Origin: a virus
Length of the DNA stretch: 64,000 nt
Virus record (IMG/VR): IMGVR_UViG_3300047323_000138
Location: 23,352-87,351 of that record
Direction: 5' to 3' (one strand)
Made by a program: the position numbers and the translations under genes. Below, one piece after another: positions 26,257-37,091 of this stretch. Each line of letters opens with the position of its first letter. Position 1 is the first letter of the stretch. Below the pieces are notes generated by a model. It saw nothing but the letters and a program-made list of their open reading frames with translations. It did not search any database and was not told the origin of the DNA.

Positions 26257-26556
26257 AAGGTCTATTCATACTAGCGTGCTGTTGTCTTTTCGCATATTGT
26301 ATAGCTGAGAGTTTAGACCAAGCTAGAAAAGAATGTGATAAGAAGCAAGGGTATGAATTTATTAAACCCATTGGTAGAAACCAACCTTGGCAGTGTATAC
26401 GGGAGGGTAGGTAATGTACGATAGACAACCACAAAGCTATGCTGAGATGTTTCAAATGGCAATGCAAGAGTTAAAGAAACAAACAGACTTGTACTTTGAA
26501 TTTAAGAAGAAAGAGTTTGATGCGTATGTGGATAGGAAGTTAGAGGAGGTGAAACA

Positions 26557-27117
26557 ATGAAATACTATAGTGGAATAGGGAGCAGACAAACACCAAAAGA
26601 TATCCTAAAGCTTATGGAAGACATTGCATTCAAGCTTGCACAGAAAGGCTATATCTTACGGTCAGGCGCAGCAGGTGGTGCAGATACTGCATTTGAGACT
26701 GGTGCTAAATATTACGCTGAACAGATTGATGAACGTGTAACACTTGCTCAGTTGTATATTCCTTGGGCTAGCTTTGTTAGCTATGATGAATACTATAAAG
26801 ATTGGTATAAGGTGTTGGACAGAATGACCAAGAAAGAGGAAGCTTATCAATTAGCCTCTGAGACACACCCAGCTTGGGATAAGTGTTCTAAGGGAGCTAA
26901 AGCTCTACATGCACGTAATACGTTTCAGATACTAGGACCAAACCTTAACAATCCAAGTAGCTTTCTTATCTGTTGGGCTAAGGTAGATAAACATGGGCAA
27001 CTGAAAGGTGGTACCAGGACAGCTTGGGAGTTGGCTAAGGCTCATGGTGTTCCTTGTTTTAATTTGTACAATGAAGAAGATAAACAACGATTGATTAAAT
27101 TTGTGGAGAGTGAATGA
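26557..27117 (+). CDS. SLOG/DprA-like protein
   Basis: YSGIGSRQTP, LRSGAAGGADTAFE, ARN, GGT motifs. Confidence 0.8.
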   Translation: MKYYSGIGSRQTPKDILKLMEDIAFKLAQKGYILRSGAAGGADTAFETGAKYYAEQIDERVTLAQLYIPWASFVSYDEYYKDWYKVLDRMTKKEEAYQLASETHPAWDKCSKGAKALHARNTFQILGPNLNNPSSFLICWAKVDKHGQLKGGTRTAWELAKAHGVPCFNLYNEEDKQRLIKFVESE

Positions 27118-27347
27118 TGGAAAAGTATAAACTGACTTACGAGATTACTGAGTACGGCGGAAGTATTCAACTGCTGAGTGTTGAACCTAAATCTAATTAT
27201 GTAGAGCAATGCTTCTATGAAGGAGAGATTCTACAGCAGGTGTACTTGGATGATGACGGTGTGTATGAACTAACTGTGGTTCACGTCTTTGAAGAGGACT
27301 ACGATCACTTCGGTATTGTTAATCTAGAGAAGGTGTATGGACGTTAA
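27114..27347 (+). CDS. Hypothetical protein
   Basis: SD GGAG; overlaps neighbours. Confidence 0.6.
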   Translation: MMEKYKLTYEITEYGGSIQLLSVEPKSNYVEQCFYEGEILQQVYLDDDGVYELTVVHVFEEDYDHFGIVNLEKVYGR

Positions 27348-27891
27348 GGAACAAGCTGTAGCCCTGCGAAAGCAGGGATTAACGTATGCCCAAATATCAA
27401 GCTCCTTAAACGGGGCTTTGTCTGTTGATTGGTGTAAGAGAAATCTGAAGGGTGTAAAAGCTGTAGATAAATACACACTACTTTACGAACAATCCCTTAT
27501 ACTTTCTAAAAGACAAGAGGGTGTAACAGATAAAGAGCTTAAGGATATTGCATTCAAGGTATTAGGGACAGTTGAGAAAGGAGATATATCCAGATTGAAA
27601 GCCAAGATTAAACGGAAGAAAAATGATGACCAAAACTCGGTACTTGTTCGACCTGCATGGATGTCGCCCACCACTCCAGCAAAGAGCTTAGTTATGATGA
27701 ACGAACTATCTCATGAGTTATATGAAAATATCCAGCACCTAGTGGACATGTACATTGAGCAATACCCAGACACGGATAGAAAGAAGGCTTTAGAAGAGAT
27801 GGTGTACCTATCCAATGGATGGGCATTAAAAGAGAGTCTGGAACGTCGTATGGAAAGGAACTACAGGACAGTAGAACGTATAGAGAAGTAG
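27337..27891 (+). CDS. DNA-binding protein with N-terminal HTH
   Basis: AVALRKQGLTYAQIS...SVDWCKR. Confidence 0.65.
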   Translation: MDVKEQAVALRKQGLTYAQISSSLNGALSVDWCKRNLKGVKAVDKYTLLYEQSLILSKRQEGVTDKELKDIAFKVLGTVEKGDISRLKAKIKRKKNDDQNSVLVRPAWMSPTTPAKSLVMMNELSHELYENIQHLVDMYIEQYPDTDRKKALEEMVYLSNGWALKESLERRMERNYRTVERIEK

Positions 27892-27893
27892 CC

Positions 27894-28070
27894 TGCACTT
27901 TCTTTACTCCTATACAACACAAGAGTGCACGACCTGATTACACTGGTCTTTAGGTGCACTTTATCCGCACCTTTTGTCTACGCACTTTACTGAAAGCCTT
28001 GTAAATTAAGGGCTGTAGGTGAGTGCACTTCTTTTACTATAATATTAATACTCTCACAGTAGTGCACCTT
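27894..28070 (+). repeat. Cluster of seven (G)YGCAC(YTT) repeats, possible origin or protein-binding array
   Basis: Copies at 27894, 27925, 27954, 27966, 27981, 28023, 28062. Confidence 0.65.
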
Positions 28071-28401
28071 ACTAAATAAAATCACATGGGAAATATCCCA
28101 ACCCCTCCAGAAGGCACTTAGCTTGTATCAGTAAGTGTCTATTTCTTTGTCTAGAAAATATGGCAGTTGGTCTGTAAGCCTTTATTTATAAGGATCTTCT
28201 AGTTTCCTATAATTACCAGAGTTCTAGTTGTAGCGTTTAACAGCTTACTACCCCGTCACCTATATGTCAACCATAATATCAAAATATCTGAAGAATTCAT
28301 TAATCGGCCTGCCCTGATAGAGACAATGAATAAAATGCAATCCATGTACCAACCCCTCCATCGATAGCTATAACTCATCATCTACCGTTCCATAACGTAA
28401 C

Positions 28402-28429
28402 ACTACGCAGAACATAGCTTATGTTAAAT
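28402..28429 (+). other. dif-like XerC/XerD recombination site
   Basis: ACTACGCAGAA-CATAGC-TTATGTTAAAT: 11-6-11 geometry with a perfect canonical XerD arm. Confidence 0.8.
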
Positions 28430-28788
28430 GCTACTGAATAGACTCATCCTATCAACATACTGAGCGACTACCACACCTGTAGCTACCTTGTCAAGAACAT
28501 CTATTAGCCTACATGTATAGGGCTGGATAGTGTGTTGGTGAGGTAATGTCAAGGGTTTATTGGGAAGTTTATAGTGTAAAGGAATCGTTACGGTGTGTTA
28601 ACGCGCTCAGGAGGGCGCTATGCTTAACTTGATACGTAGTATCGACTATGCTTATGAAAGACTAAATAGTGACTAATACATCTATTTCAGTCACATTGTA
28701 GACTAGAGAGAATAAAGCTTAGGAGGAGTTTAGAAGGTTATAGGAGGGTGGTATTTGAAAGGATACATGTTGATACTCATAAACAACT

Positions 28789-28808
28789 AAGGCCCCGTGA
28801 GGGGCCTT
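28789..28808 (-). terminator. Intrinsic terminator ending the minus-strand cluster
   Basis: AAGGCCCC-N4-GGGGCCTT 20 nt after the stop at 28828. Confidence 0.75.
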
Positions 28809-28827
28809 GTAGACTTTCCTGCTTGAA

Positions 28828-29133
28828 TTACTTAGCTACAAGTAACTCTTTAGGAATGTATGCAACACCATCACATACATAAACTTGATCAAAGAACTTA
28901 GTTTCAGAGTAGCCGTAGGTGCGAACAATCTTAAAGCCTTCCACTTTAGCTGCAAAGTGCCATTTAGCAAAACCTTCCTCCTGCTGAATTGCAAACTCAT
29001 CAGCCACTACATACTCAGTCTTCACGCGTTTCTGTGCAGGAGCCACTTTCTTGATGCAAGTGTAGCCATAAGGCTTGCCATTGAAGAACTGTGGGCAGGT
29101 AACTTCAGAACCACAGCAAGTGCAAGTAATCAT
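28828..29133 (-). CDS. Zn-ribbon-containing hypothetical protein
   Basis: CTCCG...GYTC; start re-set to ATG with SD GGAG. Confidence 0.7.
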   Translation of the reverse strand: MITCTCCGSEVTCPQFFNGKPYGYTCIKKVAPAQKRVKTEYVVADEFAIQQEEGFAKWHFAAKVEGFKIVRTYGYSETKFFDQVYVCDGVAYIPKELLVAK

Positions 29134-29933
29134 GGCTAAATCTCCCGAAGAGGGTGGATCTGGATGACCCTGTCTCCCTTTCATGTTTAAATTGTAGCAC
29201 AGCTAATGGTTATGTACAGGAGAATTTGAAAGAAAATAAAGATATTTTTATTATAGACAGGTGGCGCTCATCCCTACCATTCATTGAAGACGCATATCCA
29301 CCACAATTACAATAATTCTTATAGCTTGTGATACCTTTTGTAGACAACCAGAGTAGATAAGTCATTTCTCTATTCCTATGTTTTCTGATTCGGTAGGCAC
29401 CTTATATAGATTTGTCTACCCTGTAAAGCTTTTTATTCAATTTCTTTCAAAGCTTCTCAAACCTAACAGCCGTATGCTCCAAATAATCATCTGTCATACA
29501 TAGGAATGATTTGTACATGGAAGCTCTGAATGAATGGCCTCACTAGAATTGTTTCAAGATAGAACGGATGTTAGACACATCATCAATCAGACTGTGCAGC
29601 TTCTCGATAGCTTCCCGCTCAGAGTATGAATGTATGAGTATCCACAAGTGTCCTTTGCAGTATGAGGTGTCATAATTGATGATGTACATGTTATCACCCT
29701 TTTAGAAGTAGTTATTAGTGGACGATTGTTTGCAGGCCTTTAGCATAATCAGAGGCTGGATAGCCTTCCACTTCGTCTTTCCATGTTTTGTGATATATTG
29801 GTGCTGGTTTTGATGAGCTATCTTGAAATAAGACTTTGTAGAGGACTACTAGTGAGATGATCATGACAATTTCCTTCTTGTATGTTTTGTTTCAGTAAGA
29901 TAATTATAGCTTATCTCAGAGAGCAGTCAACCT

Positions 29934-32871
29934 TTATTTCACTTCAGGAATACAATTAATTTCCCAGGCCACCACTTCGCCAGCCATATGCTCTGCCTTG
30001 AAACTTGTCATGTACTGCCGATAGGCTTCCTCTACAGGCATAGACATAATGAATTTACGTTCTTCTTGCATACGTTCGATGCAGTCAGAGTGTGTTAGGG
30101 AAGAGGCTTTGCCTCCGTCAACAATGTACTCTTCACAAGTGATGACAGAGCAGAACGAGATAGCTAGTAGGAGGGACATGATTGTGATTCCTGTGTTTGT
30201 CTGAGAGAATCTCTTTCCTCTCTTCTTGTGTTCTATTGTACAGCTTCTGGTGTGGTGTGCAAGGGATCCTTTCATAAAGTTTAATTTATTTTTTAAACAA
30301 AAGAAAGCCCCATAATTGGGGCTGTCCGCTAGTTAACCTTTAGAAACTTCTTCGTGAAACCTCTCAGGTACTTTTGCAACCTTAACACCGTAAGCGTCTT
30401 CAAAGTGACTGGGAAGCTCTCCGTCTTCAAGATAGGCCCAAGATCTGCCTTTGTCATCGTCTCGCACTAAGACAATACGAGATGTCATACCCTCTTCACA
30501 AGGGATTTCATTAATAGCTTTGGCTTTAGCAAAGCTGTCTGTATGGTTGTGATTCTGGATGTCCTCATGCTCATCCACTTCCTCTACATCCCACTCATAG
30601 TATACAGTCATTTTGTGTCTCTCCTTTGGAAGCTGTTTTGCTTCCTTCTGGTTTTAATTCTAATGACCTTCACACCACACGTCAACAAGTATTTCAAACA
30701 TTATTCATTGAAAGATTCTATCAGGTAAGCTTGTCTCATCACTCCAAATAATCATAAATCACCGTAACATCTTCAGGCTTGTATTTAGCCATCACACCCT
30801 CTTCACTCAAACTCCCTTCCACAATGTCATAAGCCTGCACCTTCGCATTAAACACATATAGCTTCTTTGACTTCCTGTCGTATTTGTATAGGAGGATTGT
30901 GTCAGAGCTTGGATAGCTGTCGGATTTAAGCCAGATTGTATTGTCTTCGATGTATGTGCAAACTAGCTTTAGAGGGCCAAGTGTGTAGACAGCATCTGTT
31001 TTGAATTGGATAGTCATGATTGTTTATACTCATTAGAAAATCGTCTATTCCAACGCTCAACTAGTTCAAAAGCTTTATCTCTAGATTGAATGAATCGTAA
31101 AGGTTTGTCTACTTCATCTGTGTATTCCATAGCACTAATCTCTTTATCAGAGTAGCACAGGCTAATGGCGTAGCCTTTACGCACAGCATGACCTTCAATA
31201 AAGAGTTTCATACTTTGCACACCTCTTTTTCTTTAGACATCTTGACAAGGTTTGTTTCTTTGTGTTCATGAGAGTAAAGGTAAACTTCAATAAATTTAGC
31301 TGTCTCTTTACCAAAACCTTCAACTGTACTGAGCAAGCCGAAGTTAAACATCAGGACATCACCTTTCACAAGCTCTTTAACCTTAACTGTGTCCACTTGA
31401 CCTACGTTCTGGATGCTGATCATGATGTCTGTCCCTATGGTTTGCTTGGGTGTGGGGTAATTATAATCTACCCTCAAGCTCTCGTAAACACATATTTTCA
31501 ATTATTTACGGATAATCCACGTAAATAATCTTCCTAGATTTCTTCTTGTTTAGTTTGACAACAGACTCAGCTCTGTATTCAGCTTGCCTGATGATCCATT
31601 GATCAATGTGACGTTGTGCTTCTTTGATTGTGTCAAAATCAGCTAAGGTTTCAAGGTCTAGGTGCATGTCTTGCCACCACCAAAAGAAGCCACAATAATA
31701 CTGACACTGATAAGACACACTGTTGCAGTCTGTTGTAATCTTGATTCTTGTTTTGTTCATTATCATTCACCACTCCAATTCCGCTTCATATCCCTACTCA
31801 TCCTCCAACCTCGCTTAACACAGATATGCTTATTGTGTCGTTCGCTGTGTTCGTCTAAGGGTGTGTCTAGAGAGTGTTTGCTAGGACGTTTACGTTCGTA
31901 TTTTTGGAATGTTTCTGTTGTGTAGGTGTTCATTTGGTTTGTGTCCGTTTAAGGTTATGAAAAGATTCATTGTAACCAAACTCAATCAGACGTTTTTCTA
32001 ACTCTCCAATGTACTCTAGTAAGGAATCTTCAGAACGCTTCCACACATCAGGATTCCCGCCTACATCCCAAACTAATTCTGCCACCAGATTCATTGCATG
32101 TTCGCTAATCATTTGTAGCTACTCCAATACCACCCCATTCAGAATTCATATGGTGCAAGATCTTACCTTTTGCTGTCAAGATATAAAACTCTTCGGCGTC
32201 CCAATCGATGTTATCGGTTTTCCATTGCTTGCTGTAGCTTTCTTCGTGGCGGTACACTGCTACATACTCAGTCTCAAGCGTGTTATTCAAGCTTCTGCAT
32301 GCCCGATTGTCCTTCTTGAATACGCCGTTGTATTTAGTGCGAAACTCTAATACGCCTTGAGGTTCTTTCAAGAAATCTTCATAGCTAATCATTTCCTTCT
32401 CCTTAGCTCATTGTGTGGACAGCATTAACAATTACGTTCCAGACCTTCCCTTCACTGCGATATAATTTGAAGCTCTGGTGGCCTTGTGAGATTAGGTCTT
32501 CGATGGTTGATAGGGCTGCGTTGAGGGTATCATACTGAGTGTGTTGAGTGCTCATTGTTGGTTTCTCCATCCGGGACCATGTCCGATAGTATCATGTATT
32601 GAAATTGCCAACATTAAATAACAGATAGATAGAAGAACTACCATAACTCTTTACCTCCTCATGCATCCCTGTCATCCTCAGATGGTGCTTTCGGCATCTG
32701 CATCCAATGAGTGTAGAATTTAACCTGATCAAGACGTTGCAAGGATGTCCACTGAATAGCTGTCCAGATGTTATCACCGTAAGCTAGTACTTGTCCACGT
32801 TCGTCTGCATCAGCTTTGTACGGCTGAATGTCAGAGGTTTTGAAGTAGTACATTTGTTTGTGCTCGATCAT
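29934..32871 (-). other. Small early-type hypothetical CDSs
   Basis: 29934-30179, 30333-30611, 30739-31017, 31014-31220, 31208-31423, 31506-31766, 31930-32112, 32105-32392, 32659-32871. Confidence 0.6.
30306..30323 (-). terminator. Intrinsic terminator
   Basis: AGCCCCA-N4-TGGGGCT followed by UUCUUUUG on minus strand. Confidence 0.7.
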
Positions 32872-33034
32872 TTTAAAGCCTCAAGGTTGATAAATAATTA
32901 CAGTGGTTTCTGGGTCAATCTTATAAGTTACTCCACCGCAACCCGGTTTACAGCCACCACGAACTCTTACAAACACCGCACCATTTTGTTCAAATTGGAA
33001 TGGAGTTCCAATTTTAATAGATTTAAATTTCATC

Positions 33035-33778
33035 TCACACCGCCTTCAATTCATTCCAGTAGGATCTTGCTTTGTGTGACCAGTGTAATGCTGTCTTGAT
33101 CAAGGTGCAAGCTATTTTTAAAGGTTTCTTGAAAGAATTATTCGAAGACAATTCATCGATAAATTCCACACCGCAATCTTCGTATTCCTCTGAAGCATAT
33201 CCGTCATTAGGCTGAGGGCTAAAGCCGCTGGATGGGGTGTATTCTGCCTGCACAAGTGCAGAATCTTCGTCTGTTTCTGATGACTTTGGCTTAACAGATG
33301 CAGCACGTTTGTACAAGACCTCTTGACGTTGGATCTTCGTGACAATGATATCCCTCAAAAGGCTGTACTCAGAGATATTCATCTCACCAGCACGATAGCT
33401 AGTTTCGAGTTCAAACATCTGGTCACGTAATACAGACAGGCGTTTAAGCTGAGGTAAGATCTTATCTTTAATGCTGACTTTAGAGATTGGTTTACGAACC
33501 ACAACAGGATCACCATAAGCAGCCAAGTTTGCCTTACCTGATGGCAATACATGGGCAAGACTAACAGTCTCATTGACAGCATGCAGTTCTTCAGGGACAT
33601 CATAGCTATCAGTCAGTTGCTTTCTCATATGCCAATAATCAGCACCAGAAAGGTCACGGGTTTGCATGGTGATAGGGTTCTTCCATTGCTTGCCATTACG
33701 AGACAGGCAAGACCAGTCATCGTAATCGCCTAGAGTGGATGATTCACCGTAGCCTGACCTTCCTTTACCTTTCCACAT
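33035..33778 (-). CDS. Hypothetical protein (247 aa)
   Basis: SD GAGG directly after promoter 33846-33818. Confidence 0.7.
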   Translation of the reverse strand: MWKGKGRSGYGESSTLGDYDDWSCLSRNGKQWKNPITMQTRDLSGADYWHMRKQLTDSYDVPEELHAVNETVSLAHVLPSGKANLAAYGDPVVVRKPISKVSIKDKILPQLKRLSVLRDQMFELETSYRAGEMNISEYSLLRDIIVTKIQRQEVLYKRAASVKPKSSETDEDSALVQAEYTPSSGFSPQPNDGYASEEYEDCGVEFIDELSSNNSFKKPLKIACTLIKTALHWSHKARSYWNELKAV

Positions 33779-33836
33779 GTTACACCTCTAAAGCTTTGTT
33801 TGTTTCTGATAAGACTAATTCTATAGGTATAAAGAA

Positions 33837-33853
33837 GCCCCGTCAAGCGGGGC
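33837..33853 (-). terminator. Intrinsic terminator overlapping a -35 box
   Basis: GCCCCG-N5-CGGGGC plus UUCUUU. Confidence 0.65.
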
Positions 33854-34063
33854 GTAGTGTTTATTTCAAAGTTTATTTATCGTTCCATCCCTTCCATTTA
33901 CCTACTCGGGCAAGTTCCTCAAGTGCGGCTGTCTGCCGTTCCTGAAGCTGTCTATCTTACCGCTTCTTAGTGTTACCAGCACTTACTGCGCAGATGATCC
34001 ACAGCAAGGCAAATGGTGGGAAGATGATTGTTAGAATCAGGAACACCACATGACTTAGGCCGC

Positions 34064-34258
34064 TCATGACAACACCTCATATTTAAAGTAAACATTCCAA
34101 GCATCAGGACCACTAGCCCGGAACATATGAACACCGGTTTCAGTCTTCTGATAAATTTCACCGTGAGCATTGAGCGAGAAGTCATACACTCCCCCGGCTT
34201 TGAAAGCTACACGGGCATCTTTGGTCATTACGACATCACGGATACATTTGAGTTTCAT
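34064..34258 (-). CDS. Hypothetical protein
   Basis: MKLKCIRDVVM...; SD GAGG. Confidence 0.6.
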   Translation of the reverse strand: MKLKCIRDVVMTKDARVAFKAGGVYDFSLNAHGEIYQKTETGVHMFRASGPDAWNVYFKYEVLS

Positions 34259-34481
34259 GTTACACCTCTTTCGAGTAGATGGAACGGACCACGTATCGAA
34301 CTGCTCCGTACTGCAAATCTTTCTTGTTAGCAAAGGCACGAGCAGTGCTACCTTTACCTTCGCCGTACGACTTGACAACAGCTTTGGTTTGGTTGTCGAT
34401 TACGTCGTAGCCGATTACTGTGTTCATGTCGTTCTCCGTGATTCGTTTGTTTTGCTTCAGTAAGGTAATAATAGGCTCCTT

Positions 34482-35207
34482 TCAGAGTTCTGTCAACAGG
34501 TATTTCCAAGAAAGTCTTCGTTCGGGATAGTAGAACAACTCAGCAGATTTCCTAGCACACGCAGCGTCCAAAATGTTGTTGTAAGCTCCGAGTTGAATCT
34601 CTTTACCCATGAATGTGATACGAGCAACCCAAGGATTGTAGATGTTCCTCACACTATACTTTACTCCAGATACGCCCGTCTTGTTTCTAGAGCTAATCCT
34701 TTTATTGAACCCTTGGATTGATAGTGTAGCCCACAGGCAATTGTCTGGTGAATAGTCACCATTAACATCAACCCTGTCTAGAGACATACCCTCTGGTGGA
34801 TGCCCCATATCCTCAATAAAGTTTTGCAGACCTTCGATATCTGGCCCTTTCCACCTATCACAGATACTGATCCCCCGACCACCGTAGTATGGATACGCTG
34901 CATCCTCTATATTATTACATCGTTGGTGCATACTGTTCCATCTCCAGTACATCGTAGTTGCTGAAAGTCCGTGCTCTGGTAAGCTACCACGAGTGCAACC
35001 ACATCCAGCTTTAAGATTATCTTTTATACATTTCCTCAGCCGCTTGGTAGTGTGGACACATTCGTTACCACAAGCACAAATACAATTCCACCATCTGTAA
35101 TCTCCTTTTTGGTGAGAGAAGGATATCACTTTTAGTCCGTTTACTTCTACTCCAACCATGTCTATCGCTACTGGCACTTTACTTTCCTCATAGATTAAAC
35201 CCCGCAC
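34482..35207 (-). CDS. HNH/AP2 homing endonuclease (YGGRGI type)
   Basis: CICACG, YYGGRGISICDRW, LDRVDVNGDYSPDNCLW, AP2-like NKTGVSGV...WVARI...LGAY. Confidence 0.9.
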   Translation of the reverse strand: MRGLIYEESKVPVAIDMVGVEVNGLKVISFSHQKGDYRWWNCICACGNECVHTTKRLRKCIKDNLKAGCGCTRGSLPEHGLSATTMYWRWNSMHQRCNNIEDAAYPYYGGRGISICDRWKGPDIEGLQNFIEDMGHPPEGMSLDRVDVNGDYSPDNCLWATLSIQGFNKRISSRNKTGVSGVKYSVRNIYNPWVARITFMGKEIQLGAYNNILDAACARKSAELFYYPERRLSWKYLLTEL

Positions 35208-35249
35208 GAGACGGGGTTATTTTGTAGACTGAAAATCAGTCAGTTAGTT

Positions 35250-36819
35250 TTACTTCTCTACCTCTTTTAGTCTATCACGCAAAGCTTTAATTTCAGCCTC
35301 TTGCAACAGATAAAGCTCCATCAACAACTGTCTACTATCTTCACACTCAGCATAAGCTGTTGACTGTTCACCTTTAGCGACAAGCTCCGTCACCTTGTAA
35401 TTGACATCCTCAACAGCCCACTCAACCTCTGAGCGTTCACGTAGAAACAAGGTTCTTCCTTCACACTGGACAAGCCAACCTAGAGTTTTCATAGTCTTAG
35501 CCTCAATTTTCGCGACGGATAGTTTTGAACGCATCGGCCAGCAGGCGTTTGGTTCTCCTTTTTCCATCTTTGAGGCGAAACACACTGTAGCCTTTGTTAC
35601 TATCAAGCTTCGTGATCGTACCTAAGAACATGCCTGAGTCGTTGAAGACTCGACGGACTTTGCTACCGGCTACAGGACTGAAGCTGCTGTTGATTTGTGT
35701 AGTGCTCATGATATCACCTTAAAGAGTAAGATAACCAACCTAAAGAACCATTTCTTCAGGCTTGTCTCCATGTCTGTCAGATGGCTAACTTCTTAATCGC
35801 CGTCTCTTTGCTCCTTTCATGACTTAATAGTAGCCGATGTCCTACACGGCGTCAAGAAAATTGTTAGGATTTATTTCAGTCATTGTAAATCAATGATTCT
35901 TCTACCAATTTCTCCTCAATCACCCCAAGCTGAATCACATAATCCAGCTCACCACCCTCATAAGCTGGTGTATCCTCGCTGACCCACAGCCAGCTCAGCA
36001 GGTGCTCCTCCAAGGTTTTTTTAGATAGATTCAGCAGATTACGACAATCCACCAAAGCTTGGTTGTACACATTAGGATTGTGCAGGGTTTCCAAAGCTTG
36101 CTTGATTTCTTCATTGATCATTTCTAAGCCCTCTACGTTGGTATTAACTGTCGTTGTGTTACGTTCTTAAGACGCTTTGTAAAGCAGATCTTACACTGAT
36201 TTAGGATCCAATCAACAATTATTTCACAAGATTTTCATGAATTTTTAAAACAGCCCGGTAATCTGGTGCCACTTTTCTTCTACAAATGCAACACCTTGTA
36301 AGTATTTCTCATCTATTTGACAGTCAATAGGTAGCTCGTCGTTTGCTGTCCAAGCCTCACACCAGCCTTCTAGTGCTTCATGTGAGCCGAGAGTACAAGC
36401 ATAAATACCATCATGAATAGCTTGTCTGTAGTAATCGTTCTCAGGCGATTCATTCAGAGATTTCTGTAGCTGTTCTTTCAGGAATTCAAGAGGACTTGTC
36501 ATATCTTCTCCACAATTTTTGTACTCAAGTATTGGACTAACTCAGTAAAACTAAAATCACCCCGTTCATGCCGCTTACGCAAATTCCCTTGTGCTGTGTG
36601 GTGACAGATAATTTTCCTTGCACCTCTTCCAACCTCTACACTGAATCCGTCTAAACCATAGTAAATCTCATCCAACTGCGTCCAACCAAGAGGGTTAGGA
36701 TAAAGTTCTTCATACTCTTGTTTGGTGATGATGCTGGTGATTGTGTAAATACCATTCCCTTCAGGGTAATTCTGTGCTTGGCGTATGACTGATTCGCCTA
36801 TTGAGAATAGTTGTTTCAT
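35250..36819 (-). other. Small hypothetical CDSs
   Basis: 35250-35492, 35503-35709, 35876-36121, 36245-36502, 36499-36819. Confidence 0.6.
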
Positions 36820-37091
36820 TCTTCATAGTCCACTTTCAAAGCTAATGAAAAGATGGCTTGATAATCCCAACCGCATTCAGAATCAAGAGTGTACATCACA
36901 TAACCGTCAAGCTCAACAGCTTGCCCTTTGATAAGACCTGAATAAGTATTTCCATTCTGCTCAATCAAATCCTCCAGTTTGTTATCCGTGTTGTAGATAA
37001 CTTGACAGTCGTCAGCATACCAACATACTTCCGTACAGTCTTCTGGAAAGTTAATATGATCTTGAAACAGCTCTAATAGTTTACTATTCAT
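36816..37091 (-). CDS. Acidic hypothetical protein, paralog family copy 2
   Basis: DLIEQNGNTYS...ELDGYVMYTL...QAIF. Confidence 0.75.
   Translation of the reverse strand: MNSKLLELFQDHINFPEDCTEVCWYADDCQVIYNTDNKLEDLIEQNGNTYSGLIKGQAVELDGYVMYTLDSECGWDYQAIFSLALKVDYEE

Larger units (their letters stand above)
29903..35855 (-). promoter_or_regulatory. Series of sigma70-like early promoters
   Basis: TTGACT-16-TATAAT (29930-29903), TTGACG-17-TAGAAT (30685-30657; 33846-33818), TTTACG-17-TATAAT (31488-31460), TTGACA-17-TATTAT (34496-34468), TTGACG-17-TACTAT (35855-35827). Confidence 0.75.

Noticed and set aside
27900-29480. Exact genome terminus or direct terminal repeat
   Set aside because: The non-coding gap is suggestive, but ends cannot be determined without read data
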